Shown here: piece after piece, positions 9,082 through 18,234 of the stretch
Position numbering within the stretch: the first letter of the stretch is position 1
Layout: every line of letters starts with the position of its first letter
Source: Candidatus Thorarchaeota archaeon
GTDB taxonomy: Archaea > Asgardarchaeota > Thorarchaeia > Thorarchaeales > Thorarchaeaceae
DNA length: 64,000 nt
NCBI GenBank assembly: GCA_030612365.1
Contig: JAUWOA010000002.1
Coordinates: 425-64,424 of the forward strand
Reading direction: 5' to 3'
Notes under the pieces: model-generated
The model's input: only the letters and a program-made list of their open reading frames with translations
Databases searched by the model: none
Told to the model about the DNA's origin: nothing
Position numbers and translations under genes: made by a program

Positions 9082-10888
9082 GGAAGAAATGCCAATACAT
9101 AAGGCTGAGGAGTCCAAGAGTCCCAAAGGAGAATCGAAGACTTACGATATAGTGGAGGTCCTAAAGGCTACTGACCACCTAACCCATGTTTCCCCCAATG
9201 GGCTGGTGTTGGGAGTAAGGGTCTCGGGGATTTCAGGGGCAAGAGGGGTCCACGTTGAGATTGTTCATATACTGGACCTTAGGAATGCGGTCTTTGGCAA
9301 GGGTGGTTTTGCCTTGCAGGCATCGGTTCTTGAGAGTGTTAACAGGGGACTCCCTAGCCTCTTGAAGGACGTTGGGCTTCGAGAACGATTGGAGGCGACA
9401 TCACCGTTGACCCCTTGGGGACGAGTGCCCATGCGTACTCTGCGTTCTGCGTCTGGCAAGCGAAAGTCCTTGGTTTATGAAACCAGACTTGTCTACGTTG
9501 TGACTCAGGATGTCCGATCCTCGGCAGACCTGAGCTGGTTGACTGCAAATGAACGGGTGGTCAGTGTGCACGACTTTTCCCTTGCTAGAAAGAGCGACGC
9601 AAGAACCATTCTGCCCGACCTCGAGAAGAGCCTAATCGTGGATAAGTGGGATGGTTTCTCAAGGGCTATCCGGAATGGATGGTACGGAGTGCTAGCGGCT
9701 GGGGCCAGTGTACTCGGGGGTGTGACATCCCTCATGGTCCTGTTATCGAACTCAGGCAACCTCACTGTACCATTGGCCTTTATGGGGGTGTGTGGAGCGG
9801 GAGCAGCATGGCTACTCAAGCAGTCCCACAATGGGCTAAACGAGTTCCGCAAAATAATCGAGAGTGAACAAGCAGGAGTTGCATCTCTTGGAGATAGGAA
9901 ACGTGTAGCGGCTTCGATAAAGAATAATGAGAAGAAAATTAGGCTCATTGGCGACCTGAGCTTTGTGATATCCCCCTTAATGGCGTCAGCATCGAATAAC
10001 CTTGAAGATAGCGACGTTAACGGTGCCGTAGTGCTTGCAGAAAGGGTCTTGGATGAACTCGTAAGGCTCGCTCCATCTGATGAAGCCAAGAAGGGCATTG
10101 TGACCGGGGACGCTGGGATTGAGAGATTCATTGGCGTCTTCCGAAATGTAGGCGCAGACCTGACAGAGACGGAGGAGGTTTCTCTAGCCCTTGCTTACAC
10201 CGCAGTAACAGGACATGTCACTACGCCGCTAGGGGTAGAAGAAGCCCTGACGCATATGGCAGTCTTGAATACAAGTCTGTTCAATGCAGGTGTATTGAGT
10301 CCGACAGTTAGGGGCTCCATTGATGATATGTTCATCTCGAGGGCATTTCATGTAATCATTGACGAGTTCGGTGCAGATCTTGCCAAGCCAGAAGAGGAGA
10401 TTGTGCAGACCGTTGAGGGGGATGACTCTGGCATGGAGGAGCTAATTGGGGACATTGCAAAGTCCGGTCCGGTTTCAGAGGAACACGAGGAGGAAGCTAA
10501 CCCCGAGGTGGAAGAAACCCCTGAAGAAGAACTGCCAGTAGGAGCTCCCGCTGAGGTGGAATCCACAAAGGATGAAACTGAAACCGATTGTGTTGAGGCA
10601 GTCGAGGTCGAACTCGCGCCTCCGAGCAAAGCGGAACCCGACGGGACCCAGAATGATACTGATAGCAAGGAGAAGCGAGAGGAAGAGGCAATTCCTGAGG
10701 TCTCAGACGATGTGACTGTTGCAGAGGAATCAGAAGCGCTTGTGGTGGCGCAGTCTTCACTTGATGAGGTAGAGAACGAAAAGGACCCCTCTACGGGGCC
10801 TGAGGCCATCAGCAGGAGGAAGAAGAAGCAAGCCAAGCAACGTGCTATGGGTCGAACGAAGCGGGAGCGTGGTAAGGTCGCAGCTTGA
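9068..10888 (+). CDS. hypothetical membrane protein with acidic low-complexity C-terminal region and basic tail
   Basis: Two TM helices mid-protein (GVLAAGASVLGGVTSLMVLL, LAFMGVCGAGAAWLL). About 130 aa of E/D-rich sequence, then RRKKKQAKQRAMGRTKRERGK. Overlaps the upstream stop. Confidence 0.55.
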   Translation: MTVTEEEMPIHKAEESKSPKGESKTYDIVEVLKATDHLTHVSPNGLVLGVRVSGISGARGVHVEIVHILDLRNAVFGKGGFALQASVLESVNRGLPSLLKDVGLRERLEATSPLTPWGRVPMRTLRSASGKRKSLVYETRLVYVVTQDVRSSADLSWLTANERVVSVHDFSLARKSDARTILPDLEKSLIVDKWDGFSRAIRNGWYGVLAAGASVLGGVTSLMVLLSNSGNLTVPLAFMGVCGAGAAWLLKQSHNGLNEFRKIIESEQAGVASLGDRKRVAASIKNNEKKIRLIGDLSFVISPLMASASNNLEDSDVNGAVVLAERVLDELVRLAPSDEAKKGIVTGDAGIERFIGVFRNVGADLTETEEVSLALAYTAVTGHVTTPLGVEEALTHMAVLNTSLFNAGVLSPTVRGSIDDMFISRAFHVIIDEFGADLAKPEEEIVQTVEGDDSGMEELIGDIAKSGPVSEEHEEEANPEVEETPEEELPVGAPAEVESTKDETETDCVEAVEVELAPPSKAEPDGTQNDTDSKEKREEEAIPEVSDDVTVAEESEALVVAQSSLDEVENEKDPSTGPEAISRRKKKQAKQRAMGRTKRERGKVAA

Positions 10889-11564
10889 GAACGATTCCAT
10901 GTTCGGGCTTAACGGTCTGATACATCTCTCTGGAGTGGCTGGTTCTGGCAAGACCCTCTTTGCAGTCGCCTTGGCATCCAAGGCTACGCGGAGTGGGAAG
11001 GTGCTATGGATCAACACCGATGCGAAGACAGCATTTGTCAATCATCTGAAGGTCAACATTGATTCAGTGGGTGGCGACAGGATAGCAATCTCTATTCTCC
11101 CAATCATGGGTCATAAGCGCGTCCGAGAAGCCATTCTGAACCTTCCAGGCAGTCTTGACGAGGACACGGTGCTTATTGTAGTCGATCCCGTAACGCGAGC
11201 CTTGGACATGTCCCACAGAGAGGATGTGATGTGGGGTAGAGAGATGTTCGAGGAAGTGATGCCCACCCTTGCAGGTCTGATTGCTAGAGGATTGAATGTG
11301 ATTATTGTGTCTGAGAGCAGGAGCTTTGACCGCGAGCCTGTTGCCGTGTTTCATAGGTCGATAAAGGGGTGGGCTGATCACGACTTGGTGCTTTCTAGGC
11401 GGTATGGCACATCAGTCACCGACGTAACACGCTATCAGACTGAAGGTAAAGTTCCTTTCGTGCAATTCACACTAGCAGAGGAGGGGGTTGTGAAGGTGAC
11501 AGAATACAATGAAGGAGACAACTCGGAGGTGTCGGATTGTTCGGGAAGTCGATGCTCCGCATAG
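10842..11564 (+). CDS. RecA-superfamily ATPase (RadB/KaiC-like short RadA paralog)
   Basis: Intact Walker A GVAGSGKT (nt 10932..10955) and Walker B-like LIVVDPVTRAL. No N-terminal HhH domain. The ATG at 10899 (MFGLNGL) is an equally plausible start 10 nt after the upstream stop. Confidence 0.75.
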   Translation: MLWVERSGSVVRSQLENDSMFGLNGLIHLSGVAGSGKTLFAVALASKATRSGKVLWINTDAKTAFVNHLKVNIDSVGGDRIAISILPIMGHKRVREAILNLPGSLDEDTVLIVVDPVTRALDMSHREDVMWGREMFEEVMPTLAGLIARGLNVIIVSESRSFDREPVAVFHRSIKGWADHDLVLSRRYGTSVTDVTRYQTEGKVPFVQFTLAEEGVVKVTEYNEGDNSEVSDCSGSRCSA

Positions 11565-12508
11565 TGGGACTGGTAGTTGCTGGTGCCGTGGCACTTGCCT
11601 TGGGAGCCAGCCTGCTGAGTTCAGTTGTGGGAGTTGTAACTGCTCTAAGATCTGGGGATATGGTCCCGTTCATTGTTGTGGCAGTGACCACAGTCATCTT
11701 CCTCAGACTGTCTGCACGACCCTATGAGAAACGAACACCTGTTCACGTTTTGCTAGAAGTGCTCGGATGGACCTCTGCAATCTACTTGTTCGTGGTTGTT
11801 CTAATGTGGGTGCTTCCATTCGGAGTGGTGCCGGCAATCCTTGCAGCAGGGGTCACAGCTGTGTTGTGCGGGTTCGTAAGAGACCCAACCGGGCTCAATG
11901 AGAAAATGAGTCGAATTGCAGATGTTTCATCATCATTAGGTCTGAGTCCTACTGGGTTGAGCATCACCTCGCAATTAGACAGCACTCAATCGATGTGGGC
12001 GAGAATAGAGAATCTCCGGTATAAGGTCATAATCATTCCCCACAATCATTTTGACACAGTGATTGGCCTCCTCAAGGACCGCCCCAAACTTCCAGTATCC
12101 CTCACACGACTGGAGGATACAGATGCTCTGATAGTGAGAGATGAGGAGTGGACTGACAGAGTCCTTGAAGTGTTGAGAGAGAGTGGCGTTCCTGACGCAC
12201 ATATTGCCTCCCCTCTTCTTGAAAAAGCGATACTTGCACACCCCCTGTTGGAGCAGGATCACGGGGTCAAGGTCAATGACTATCAATTCACCTGTGACGC
12301 TGACACCGTGGAAAAATTACTAGCAATTCAACCGCTGCGAATGACCGTGTATCCCGATCCCAAAGGACTGGTTGTGATGGTTTTCAGTGACAGCGTACCC
12401 GGACTCAACCTTGAACCCCTTCCGATGGGAAGAGCGGCATCAGCAGTTATGGCCCGTGATATATCACACCTACCCAGAGGTGAACCTACTATTGGCAATT
12501 CCACTTGA
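11537..12508 (+). CDS. hypothetical polytopic membrane protein with soluble C-terminal domain
   Basis: Four or more hydrophobic helices in the first ~110 aa, then a ~200-aa soluble region. Overlaps the upstream gene. Confidence 0.55.
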   Translation: MFGKSMLRIVGLVVAGAVALALGASLLSSVVGVVTALRSGDMVPFIVVAVTTVIFLRLSARPYEKRTPVHVLLEVLGWTSAIYLFVVVLMWVLPFGVVPAILAAGVTAVLCGFVRDPTGLNEKMSRIADVSSSLGLSPTGLSITSQLDSTQSMWARIENLRYKVIIIPHNHFDTVIGLLKDRPKLPVSLTRLEDTDALIVRDEEWTDRVLEVLRESGVPDAHIASPLLEKAILAHPLLEQDHGVKVNDYQFTCDADTVEKLLAIQPLRMTVYPDPKGLVVMVFSDSVPGLNLEPLPMGRAASAVMARDISHLPRGEPTIGNST

Positions 12509-13205
12509 TTCAATTGACATAGCAACAGAGCCAGTGACGAGGCTGGTGCCACGACAACTTGACAGGGTGTTAGGACAACTACTGATTCCAGGTCAGGTCA
12601 GCCTTATTCACGGCCCTGACAGGTCTCCACTGACGACTATTGCGCATGCTGTTGCGGTGGGTGCTGTCAAGTCTGGCGGACGGTCCGCATACCTGGATTC
12701 TGGTAGCAACTACAGCTCCGCCTTGACGAGGGTGCTGTGCAACAGAAGTGGTTCTCCGGAGGATTTGCTAAAGGAGATTTCAGTGGGACCGGTGATGAGT
12801 CTTGCAGATCTTGAGGGGATGGTCCTTCAGGTGTCCTCCATGGAAGGAATCACAATGGTTGTGGTGGATAGTCTGACGGGAGTGCTGAACCTAACGGGTG
12901 CCCCGAGGAGCAAGGGCAGACAGAGGAAACTCTTCGCCACCCTTGAGGTTCTGAGGGGTGTCGTGAATGACAATAATATCCATCTATTCATCACAGACCA
13001 CTCGACAAGGAACTGGAACAGCGGAACACCCAGCCCGATTGGAGGCAACGTCATCGCTCATGGGGTTGACTCTCTCATCAGAGTGGACCGCCTTGCTGTC
13101 AAGGAGGGTATGTTCAGGCTTGAGGTGGAGAGAAGTCCGGTCAATCCAGCTGACAAGGGAGTGATTATACAAATTGGACTGAATGGAATCAGGTCGATCA
13201 AATAG
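12387..13205 (+). CDS. RadA/RadB-like RecA-fold paralog with degenerate Walker A
   Basis: RQLDRVLGQLLIPGQVSLIHGPDRSPLT occupies the position of LD.LLGGG....i.G..GsGKT, so the P-loop is lost (nt 12612..12635). Walker B strand MVVVDSLTG and GGNVIAHGVDSLIRV are retained. The true start is uncertain; a GTG at 12534 would avoid the 122-nt overlap. Confidence 0.7.
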   Translation: MTAYPDSTLNPFRWEERHQQLWPVIYHTYPEVNLLLAIPLDSIDIATEPVTRLVPRQLDRVLGQLLIPGQVSLIHGPDRSPLTTIAHAVAVGAVKSGGRSAYLDSGSNYSSALTRVLCNRSGSPEDLLKEISVGPVMSLADLEGMVLQVSSMEGITMVVVDSLTGVLNLTGAPRSKGRQRKLFATLEVLRGVVNDNNIHLFITDHSTRNWNSGTPSPIGGNVIAHGVDSLIRVDRLAVKEGMFRLEVERSPVNPADKGVIIQIGLNGIRSIK

Positions 13206-13211
13206 GAGGAA

Positions 13212-14204
13212 TTGGGGGTGGGTGCAAAGAACTGGAACTTCGTGCCTTGGGAGTGGGCTAGCATTGACGAGCTTTCTCCAAGGACAATCGCTATAGACGC
13301 CCCGAACTATCTTATCCGCAGACTGTCTACCATCCGGAGGGGTAGCAGGTTCAATCGAGTTCCCTTAAGTCATATTCATGTTGTTCTCGGTATAATCCGC
13401 GCAGCGCTTCGCACTCATGTCCTTCCAGTACTGGTGTTCGATGGCCCTCCTGAGACACTGAAACGTGCTCCCAATCCCGAGCTCATCATTGCGGCACACG
13501 ATCTATACCGCACCTTCTACTCTGAGAGAGACCCCTACAACCACAAGCTGGTCAATGACCTGCAGGAAAGTCCTGCACTGAGGATGTACTTTGCAGCGTT
13601 TCACATCAAGGATCTCTGCAAAAGCCTGGGTATCCCATGTATCAACTCGCCCTCTGAGGCTGAGATGGCGGCTGCAGTCATGTGTCGTGATGGGTTGGTT
13701 GGCACGGTTGTGTCGAATGATGCTGATGCGCTATTGTTCGGAAGCCCGCATGTCACAAAACAGCTCCATCTCACAAAGAGGGAAATTTTCAGGGTCACGC
13801 AGAGTGAGCTTGAGGCCAAGATGGACCTAGACCTAGAGCATCTGAGGGACCTTGCTATTGTGTGCGGGTGCGACTTCCACAAGCAGGGTGTGAAGGGAGT
13901 GGGGCCTCGCAAGGGGGTGGTCCTCCTTCAGAGGCACGGAGGTCTTGTAGGACTTCTCAAGGCGCGTGGCTATACTGCATTTCAGAGAGAGGATTACATT
14001 CTCGCCCGAGAGGTCTTTGATGAGCCTAATCACATGTCCAGCAATGGGTTTGATATCACTCTCAGACCTCCAATGGTCCCAATGGCAGTCAGGCTGCTCA
14101 GCGCTGTTATGGGAACGGAGAAGGCCAAAGAAACCGTGGCGAAGATAATACGACTGTGGAAAAATTTCGGTGAACAGCAGACAACACTGGAGCAATTTGC
14201 ATGA
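13212..14204 (+). CDS. fen1: flap endonuclease FEN-1 (XPG/Rad2 family)
   Basis: MGV N-terminus, IAIDAPNYL, VLVFDGPPETLK, SPSEAEMAAAVM, SNDADALLFGSP, H3TH region CGCDF..GVKGVGPRKG. The extreme C-terminus QTTLEQFA is PIP-box-like. AGGAGGA at 13204..13210; start at TTG 13212 or GTG 13218. Confidence 0.85.
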   Translation: MGVGAKNWNFVPWEWASIDELSPRTIAIDAPNYLIRRLSTIRRGSRFNRVPLSHIHVVLGIIRAALRTHVLPVLVFDGPPETLKRAPNPELIIAAHDLYRTFYSERDPYNHKLVNDLQESPALRMYFAAFHIKDLCKSLGIPCINSPSEAEMAAAVMCRDGLVGTVVSNDADALLFGSPHVTKQLHLTKREIFRVTQSELEAKMDLDLEHLRDLAIVCGCDFHKQGVKGVGPRKGVVLLQRHGGLVGLLKARGYTAFQREDYILAREVFDEPNHMSSNGFDITLRPPMVPMAVRLLSAVMGTEKAKETVAKIIRLWKNFGEQQTTLEQFA

Positions 14205-14247
14205 CGAGAAGCGAGGGGCATATCCCGAGAATAGGAGGACGATAGGA

Positions 14248-14979
14248 ATGAACAGTCTACTGGATGAGAATACACAAGGCCCAATCCTTACAAGTCGTGA
14301 AGTCAGGGAGCGGTACATCGAACTGGAGAAAGCCATGAAGGAGCTTAAGGAGGAGTACAGGTCATTCATCCATACAATGGCTCATGACATCAGGGGGTGC
14401 TTCAATGCGGTCCTTGGCTATGCACAGCTTCTCAAGGAGGTCCACAATCCAGAGTACGCAGATACGATTGTTGAGAGTGTCCATAGGATGACGCGGTTGC
14501 TGGACCGGTCAGTACGACTAGTGGACATGGGTGTACCCGTGAGCTGGCTCTCAGAGGTTGATCTGAACAAGGTGATTCCAACAGTTGCTAGTTCGGTGTT
14601 GCCCGCGGAGGTTGAATTCTTGCATGATAGACTTCCGATTGTGCTTGGAGATCCAGACAAGTTAGCACAAGCCTTTCAGAACCTGTTCGCAAATGCTGTC
14701 GAACATGGAATGGCACACAGGGTTGAAGTCCGCAAGAGGAGCGCAGAGGGTGGGATTGCGATTCTATTCCGCAATGATGGACAGCCAATTCCCGGTGAAC
14801 TCCGCTCATTAATATTCAGCGAACGGGTAAGCTCCAAACCTGGGGGCGGAATGGGGCTTGGTATTGTGAAGAAGATTATTGAATCTCATGAATGGAGTAT
14901 TAAACTGGATCCTGTTGAGATGCCGACCTTTAGATTATATGTGCCTGCGTCTAGCATTGTTAATGGGGCTGCATGGTGA
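14248..14979 (+). CDS. soluble sensor histidine kinase (HisKA + HATPase_c)
   Basis: H-box HTMAHDIRG, N-box NLFANAVEH, G-boxes RNDGQPIP and GGGMGLGIVKKIIESH. No TM segment. The ATG at 14248 is preceded by GGAGG (14234..14238). The longest ORF starts at 14170 inside fen1. Confidence 0.8.
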   Translation: MNSLLDENTQGPILTSREVRERYIELEKAMKELKEEYRSFIHTMAHDIRGCFNAVLGYAQLLKEVHNPEYADTIVESVHRMTRLLDRSVRLVDMGVPVSWLSEVDLNKVIPTVASSVLPAEVEFLHDRLPIVLGDPDKLAQAFQNLFANAVEHGMAHRVEVRKRSAEGGIAILFRNDGQPIPGELRSLIFSERVSSKPGGGMGLGIVKKIIESHEWSIKLDPVEMPTFRLYVPASSIVNGAAW

Positions 14980-15515
14980 ACTACGTTGAGGTTGCGCAAA
15001 TTCTTGTAGTTGCGTGGAGCCTAGTTCTATCCGTCGATTTTCTTCAGTCGAGAGATATGGGGCCGCTTTGTTTTCGGAAATCTGCCGGAAGAGTATTCAT
15101 TCTTACTGGCCTAGCTTGGTAATTTATGAAACTCTGTTCATTGTGTCCTACGGTCTTTCCTTCTACTACTGGTTTCTTCTAGTAGTACCACCGCTTCCAA
15201 CGCTTTATCGCTTCAATCCTATATTGAATGGCCATTAACATATGTAATTGGAGTAGTTTTGGTCTGGGGGATAGTGCGCGACAGGACCGACGAAACGGCT
15301 GCAATCAAGAGAGAAATTACGGAGGGCTTATGGGCAGCGGATAGCTTTGAGCAGTACCTAGAACCGATTCTGGAGCGGATATCTGCCAATCCCGAATTAG
15401 AACATTCCAAATACACTTTTGAGTGTTCTAGGAAGGATGGTGTCAAAATGCGACTCGAGGGGCGCAGCAATCAGGAAATTGCTTGAAAAACACGGACTGT
15501 GGTGAATAAAAATCC

Positions 15516-17402
15516 CTACCCAGAATTGAGGAATCGTGATTCATGTGTCCATGGATCTCGCCAGCCCTTTTCACCGTGCAGCCTGTGAAGGAGGGTCATG
15601 CGATAGGTCTTCTGCTTGTCAATCAACCCTGTGATAAAGTTCACACCTAGATCGTTCATGTACTCTCTTGCTGGGCCAAGAAAGATGGTGCTTTGAAGGT
15701 CTGGAACACGAACAATAGCAAAGAGACCCCTCCCGCCCTCCGTCCTCAGAGCGCGGACATAGGGGGCGCCACTCAGCAGATAGGACCAGACGGCTTCCAC
15801 CTTCTTTGGACTGGAATCATGGATTATGACGTACACACCCTCGGGAATTGCACTGTACTCCAACGATGGATGATACAGAACAGATAGAAGGGATCTGGCA
15901 ATGAGCATCTCCACTCTTTCCTTAGCGCTCTGATTGGGGATTCCCATTGCACGGACTAGCCTCAGTCTGTCCTGGAACCCGCCGTGGTGTGCACATAGTA
16001 TCCCAAGCAGGTCCCTGTCTCTCTGTGAAACTGCCCACGGTGCAACCTCAATTTTGGGTGATTCGCAGTATAGCCATCCCGGAGTGTCTTTGGGGATCAT
16101 ATCTTCAGCTTGCCACGGTTTAACGGTCCACTTGGGCTCACCGGTTTCATTGCTGAAGAGATCCATTCTCATGGAAATTACCTCGGAATCAGCAATGACC
16201 TGCACTGAGCCAGCAATCAAATCCTTCTCATGTGGTCCGACCGAGCTGACTGGTTCAGCATAGACGACAATCTCAAGGAATTCACTACTGCTGAAGGTCG
16301 TGTCTTTGCATACGTACTTCTCAGCAGCTCCCTCGGTCGGGACCTCACTCCTGCGTCCTGGAGTTGCAATCACTCGATGCCTCAGGCCTATCCCAGTCAT
16401 TGAAGGAATGAATCTCTCCGTGAGTAGGGTTTCCACATCTTTGGTGACGCGTCGTGCAATCTTACCGCCCGAGCCCAAGAGCTTCTGAACTAGCGGCATT
16501 GTGATTCTGATGGGTTTCTGCGCGTCAGCAAGGTGTAGAGTCATCTTTCTGATATAGTCCGAGTTGAGGGCACAAACTCGGCTTCTGAACCTGTTGAGAA
16601 ACTGAGTCCACTTGGAGGCAGTGACTCCGTCAGCCCTCAGCGTTAGTGTCTGCCACTCTGTCAGGTGCCCAGCATCCTTCGTCTCTCTGCAAGCGGTTTC
16701 AATCCATGATATAGGGGTGCGGGCTCTCACCGCCGCCATCTGAATAGTGAAGAGAGCTGACGTTAGGTAGTCGAGCCCTTCATAGAATCCCTGCCACTTG
16801 TTAGGGGGTGGCAAATCGCCAATGACTATTCTCGATATCGCATATACGAACGCTTCTCTGATTTGATTATCCTGAGGGAATCTTCCGACCTTATCTGGAA
16901 GCAGGGATGTGATCTGTTCAAGCAGGGTATCACCATCAGGGTTCTTGTAATCAAGCGCTGAAGACTTCTTGTATGCCAAGGCGTTGTTAATCAGCTCGTT
17001 CCCTAGAGCGCAATCGGGTAGCGGCAATAGGTCGAGGGCTGCTTCAAAGACTCTGGGTCTAAGAGTTGGTGGTGCCTTGTAGCCGAGCATCCGAGCTGCG
17101 ATATCACGGAGTAAGCCCTCATCATCGTACCTGTAAAGGTCGGGGCCCGCAGCTCTTCTTAACCAAGCGGCGTCAACCTTGGCGTCGTACCTCAGTTTGA
17201 CTAGCTCCACCGGGACCTTTGGAATCAACGATATAAGCATCTCCCAATGCGTGCTTGAGGCTGAAGGAAAGGTTCGAGATAGGGTACAGATTTTAACGGT
17301 ACGCGAGTAGAATCTCCCCTCATAGACCTTATTCCACCAATATCTCACTTCTTGCAAACCATTAAGTATTCTAACGGCACAATATAGGCTTTGAGCACGC
17401 AT
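15516..17402 (-). CDS. hypothetical 628-aa protein, paralog of 26084..28081
   Basis: Long ORF with coding-like composition. Its C-terminal ~250 aa align by eye with the 665-aa protein (IVRVPD/ISRLPD, AREY/AQEY, terminal HGEKGWRDPW / MEDGSWDDDV). Probable wHTH-like segment DLLGILCAHHGG...RVEMLIARSLL. Confidence 0.6.
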   Translation of the reverse strand: MRAQSLYCAVRILNGLQEVRYWWNKVYEGRFYSRTVKICTLSRTFPSASSTHWEMLISLIPKVPVELVKLRYDAKVDAAWLRRAAGPDLYRYDDEGLLRDIAARMLGYKAPPTLRPRVFEAALDLLPLPDCALGNELINNALAYKKSSALDYKNPDGDTLLEQITSLLPDKVGRFPQDNQIREAFVYAISRIVIGDLPPPNKWQGFYEGLDYLTSALFTIQMAAVRARTPISWIETACRETKDAGHLTEWQTLTLRADGVTASKWTQFLNRFRSRVCALNSDYIRKMTLHLADAQKPIRITMPLVQKLLGSGGKIARRVTKDVETLLTERFIPSMTGIGLRHRVIATPGRRSEVPTEGAAEKYVCKDTTFSSSEFLEIVVYAEPVSSVGPHEKDLIAGSVQVIADSEVISMRMDLFSNETGEPKWTVKPWQAEDMIPKDTPGWLYCESPKIEVAPWAVSQRDRDLLGILCAHHGGFQDRLRLVRAMGIPNQSAKERVEMLIARSLLSVLYHPSLEYSAIPEGVYVIIHDSSPKKVEAVWSYLLSGAPYVRALRTEGGRGLFAIVRVPDLQSTIFLGPAREYMNDLGVNFITGLIDKQKTYRMTLLHRLHGEKGWRDPWTHESRFLNSG

Positions 17403-17498
17403 TCGGGACTATCCTATCCTAGAGCCCTCTCTCCAATAGTCTAAGTATATTGTGTTCATCCTTACTGCAAGGATAACCCACGTTGAGAGGATGAAGGA

Positions 17499-18098
17499 AT
17501 GCAGATTGACTTGGCAGCTGCACTGTTTGCAAATCTAGTGTTCTCCGTCAAGATTGCACCTGGGATACTGGTGATTGTGACAGTCGTCAGAGGACTGATA
17601 CTCCTCAGTGGACAGAAGCGAGAGTTCGAGGACTGGACACGCAACACGCTGATGTCAGCCCTATCGATCATATTCCTCCCCGGTACACTAGCCTACATCG
17701 CGATAAGATACACAGTGAGCAGAGCCTTTGGCATAGATGTGGAGAACATCGGTACCTCAACAACCTATGGGGAGATCAACCTTTTCCTGAAAGTGGAACG
17801 TCCACCTCGGGTAGCGATTGTGCTATCTGCCCTGTACATGATAGTGGTGATGTCGGTGTTTGTCGCACTATCGTTGATTCTCCTTCCAGCGTTACTGTTC
17901 TTCCAGAACATGCCAGCGGTGCTGCTCTGCTGGTACGTGGCGGTAGGTGTTCTCTTCAACAACTCGTTGAGGAGCGGGGATATTTCCCTGGTGGTTGCAT
18001 CCCTGCGCAGAAGGCCGCGTACTGGTGCGCTTGAGTTCATCGCTGTGATGGCGGCGCTTGTTCTTCTCTATACGCAGGTTATGGGGGTGCTCGTTTGA
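17499..18098 (+). CDS. hypothetical polytopic membrane protein
   Basis: 199-aa ORF with 5-6 hydrophobic helices, divergent from 15516..17402. Confidence 0.55.
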   Translation: MQIDLAAALFANLVFSVKIAPGILVIVTVVRGLILLSGQKREFEDWTRNTLMSALSIIFLPGTLAYIAIRYTVSRAFGIDVENIGTSTTYGEINLFLKVERPPRVAIVLSALYMIVVMSVFVALSLILLPALLFFQNMPAVLLCWYVAVGVLFNNSLRSGDISLVVASLRRRPRTGALEFIAVMAALVLLYTQVMGVLV

Positions 18099-18234
18099 GC
18101 AGCAAAACAAAGTCCCTGGCTCGGATCACAGGTCCTGGTATTTGCCCTATTTTATTCCAAGACCTATCTCTGCACGGAATACCCCCTTCCTTCCGAGCCA
18201 TGGACACCCTTTTCAATCAGGAGGCAGTTGCTAG

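Noticed and set aside
9505-10836. Long antisense ORFs inside 9068..10888 (9505..10131 and 10348..10836, minus strand). Similar shadow ORFs occur at 4357..4899, 13833..14369, 43016..43928 and 50571..51098.
   Set aside because: They lie opposite ORFs that have clear motifs or operon context. They are Ser/Pro/Arg-rich low-complexity translations, typical of antisense frames in ~50% GC DNA.
15014-15238. 74-aa ORF with one or two hydrophobic stretches.
   Set aside because: It has no RBS, an odd composition and no recognisable motif. It may be real, but I cannot support it.
15259-15486. 75-aa ORF ending in KMRLEGRSNQEIA, reminiscent of the start of a LuxR/FixJ-type HTH. It could be the missing response-regulator partner of the kinase at 14248.
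   Set aside because: The ORF stops right after EIA and the downstream frames do not continue an HTH. There is no receiver-domain motif upstream. The resemblance covers only about 8 residues, so I did not call it a feature.
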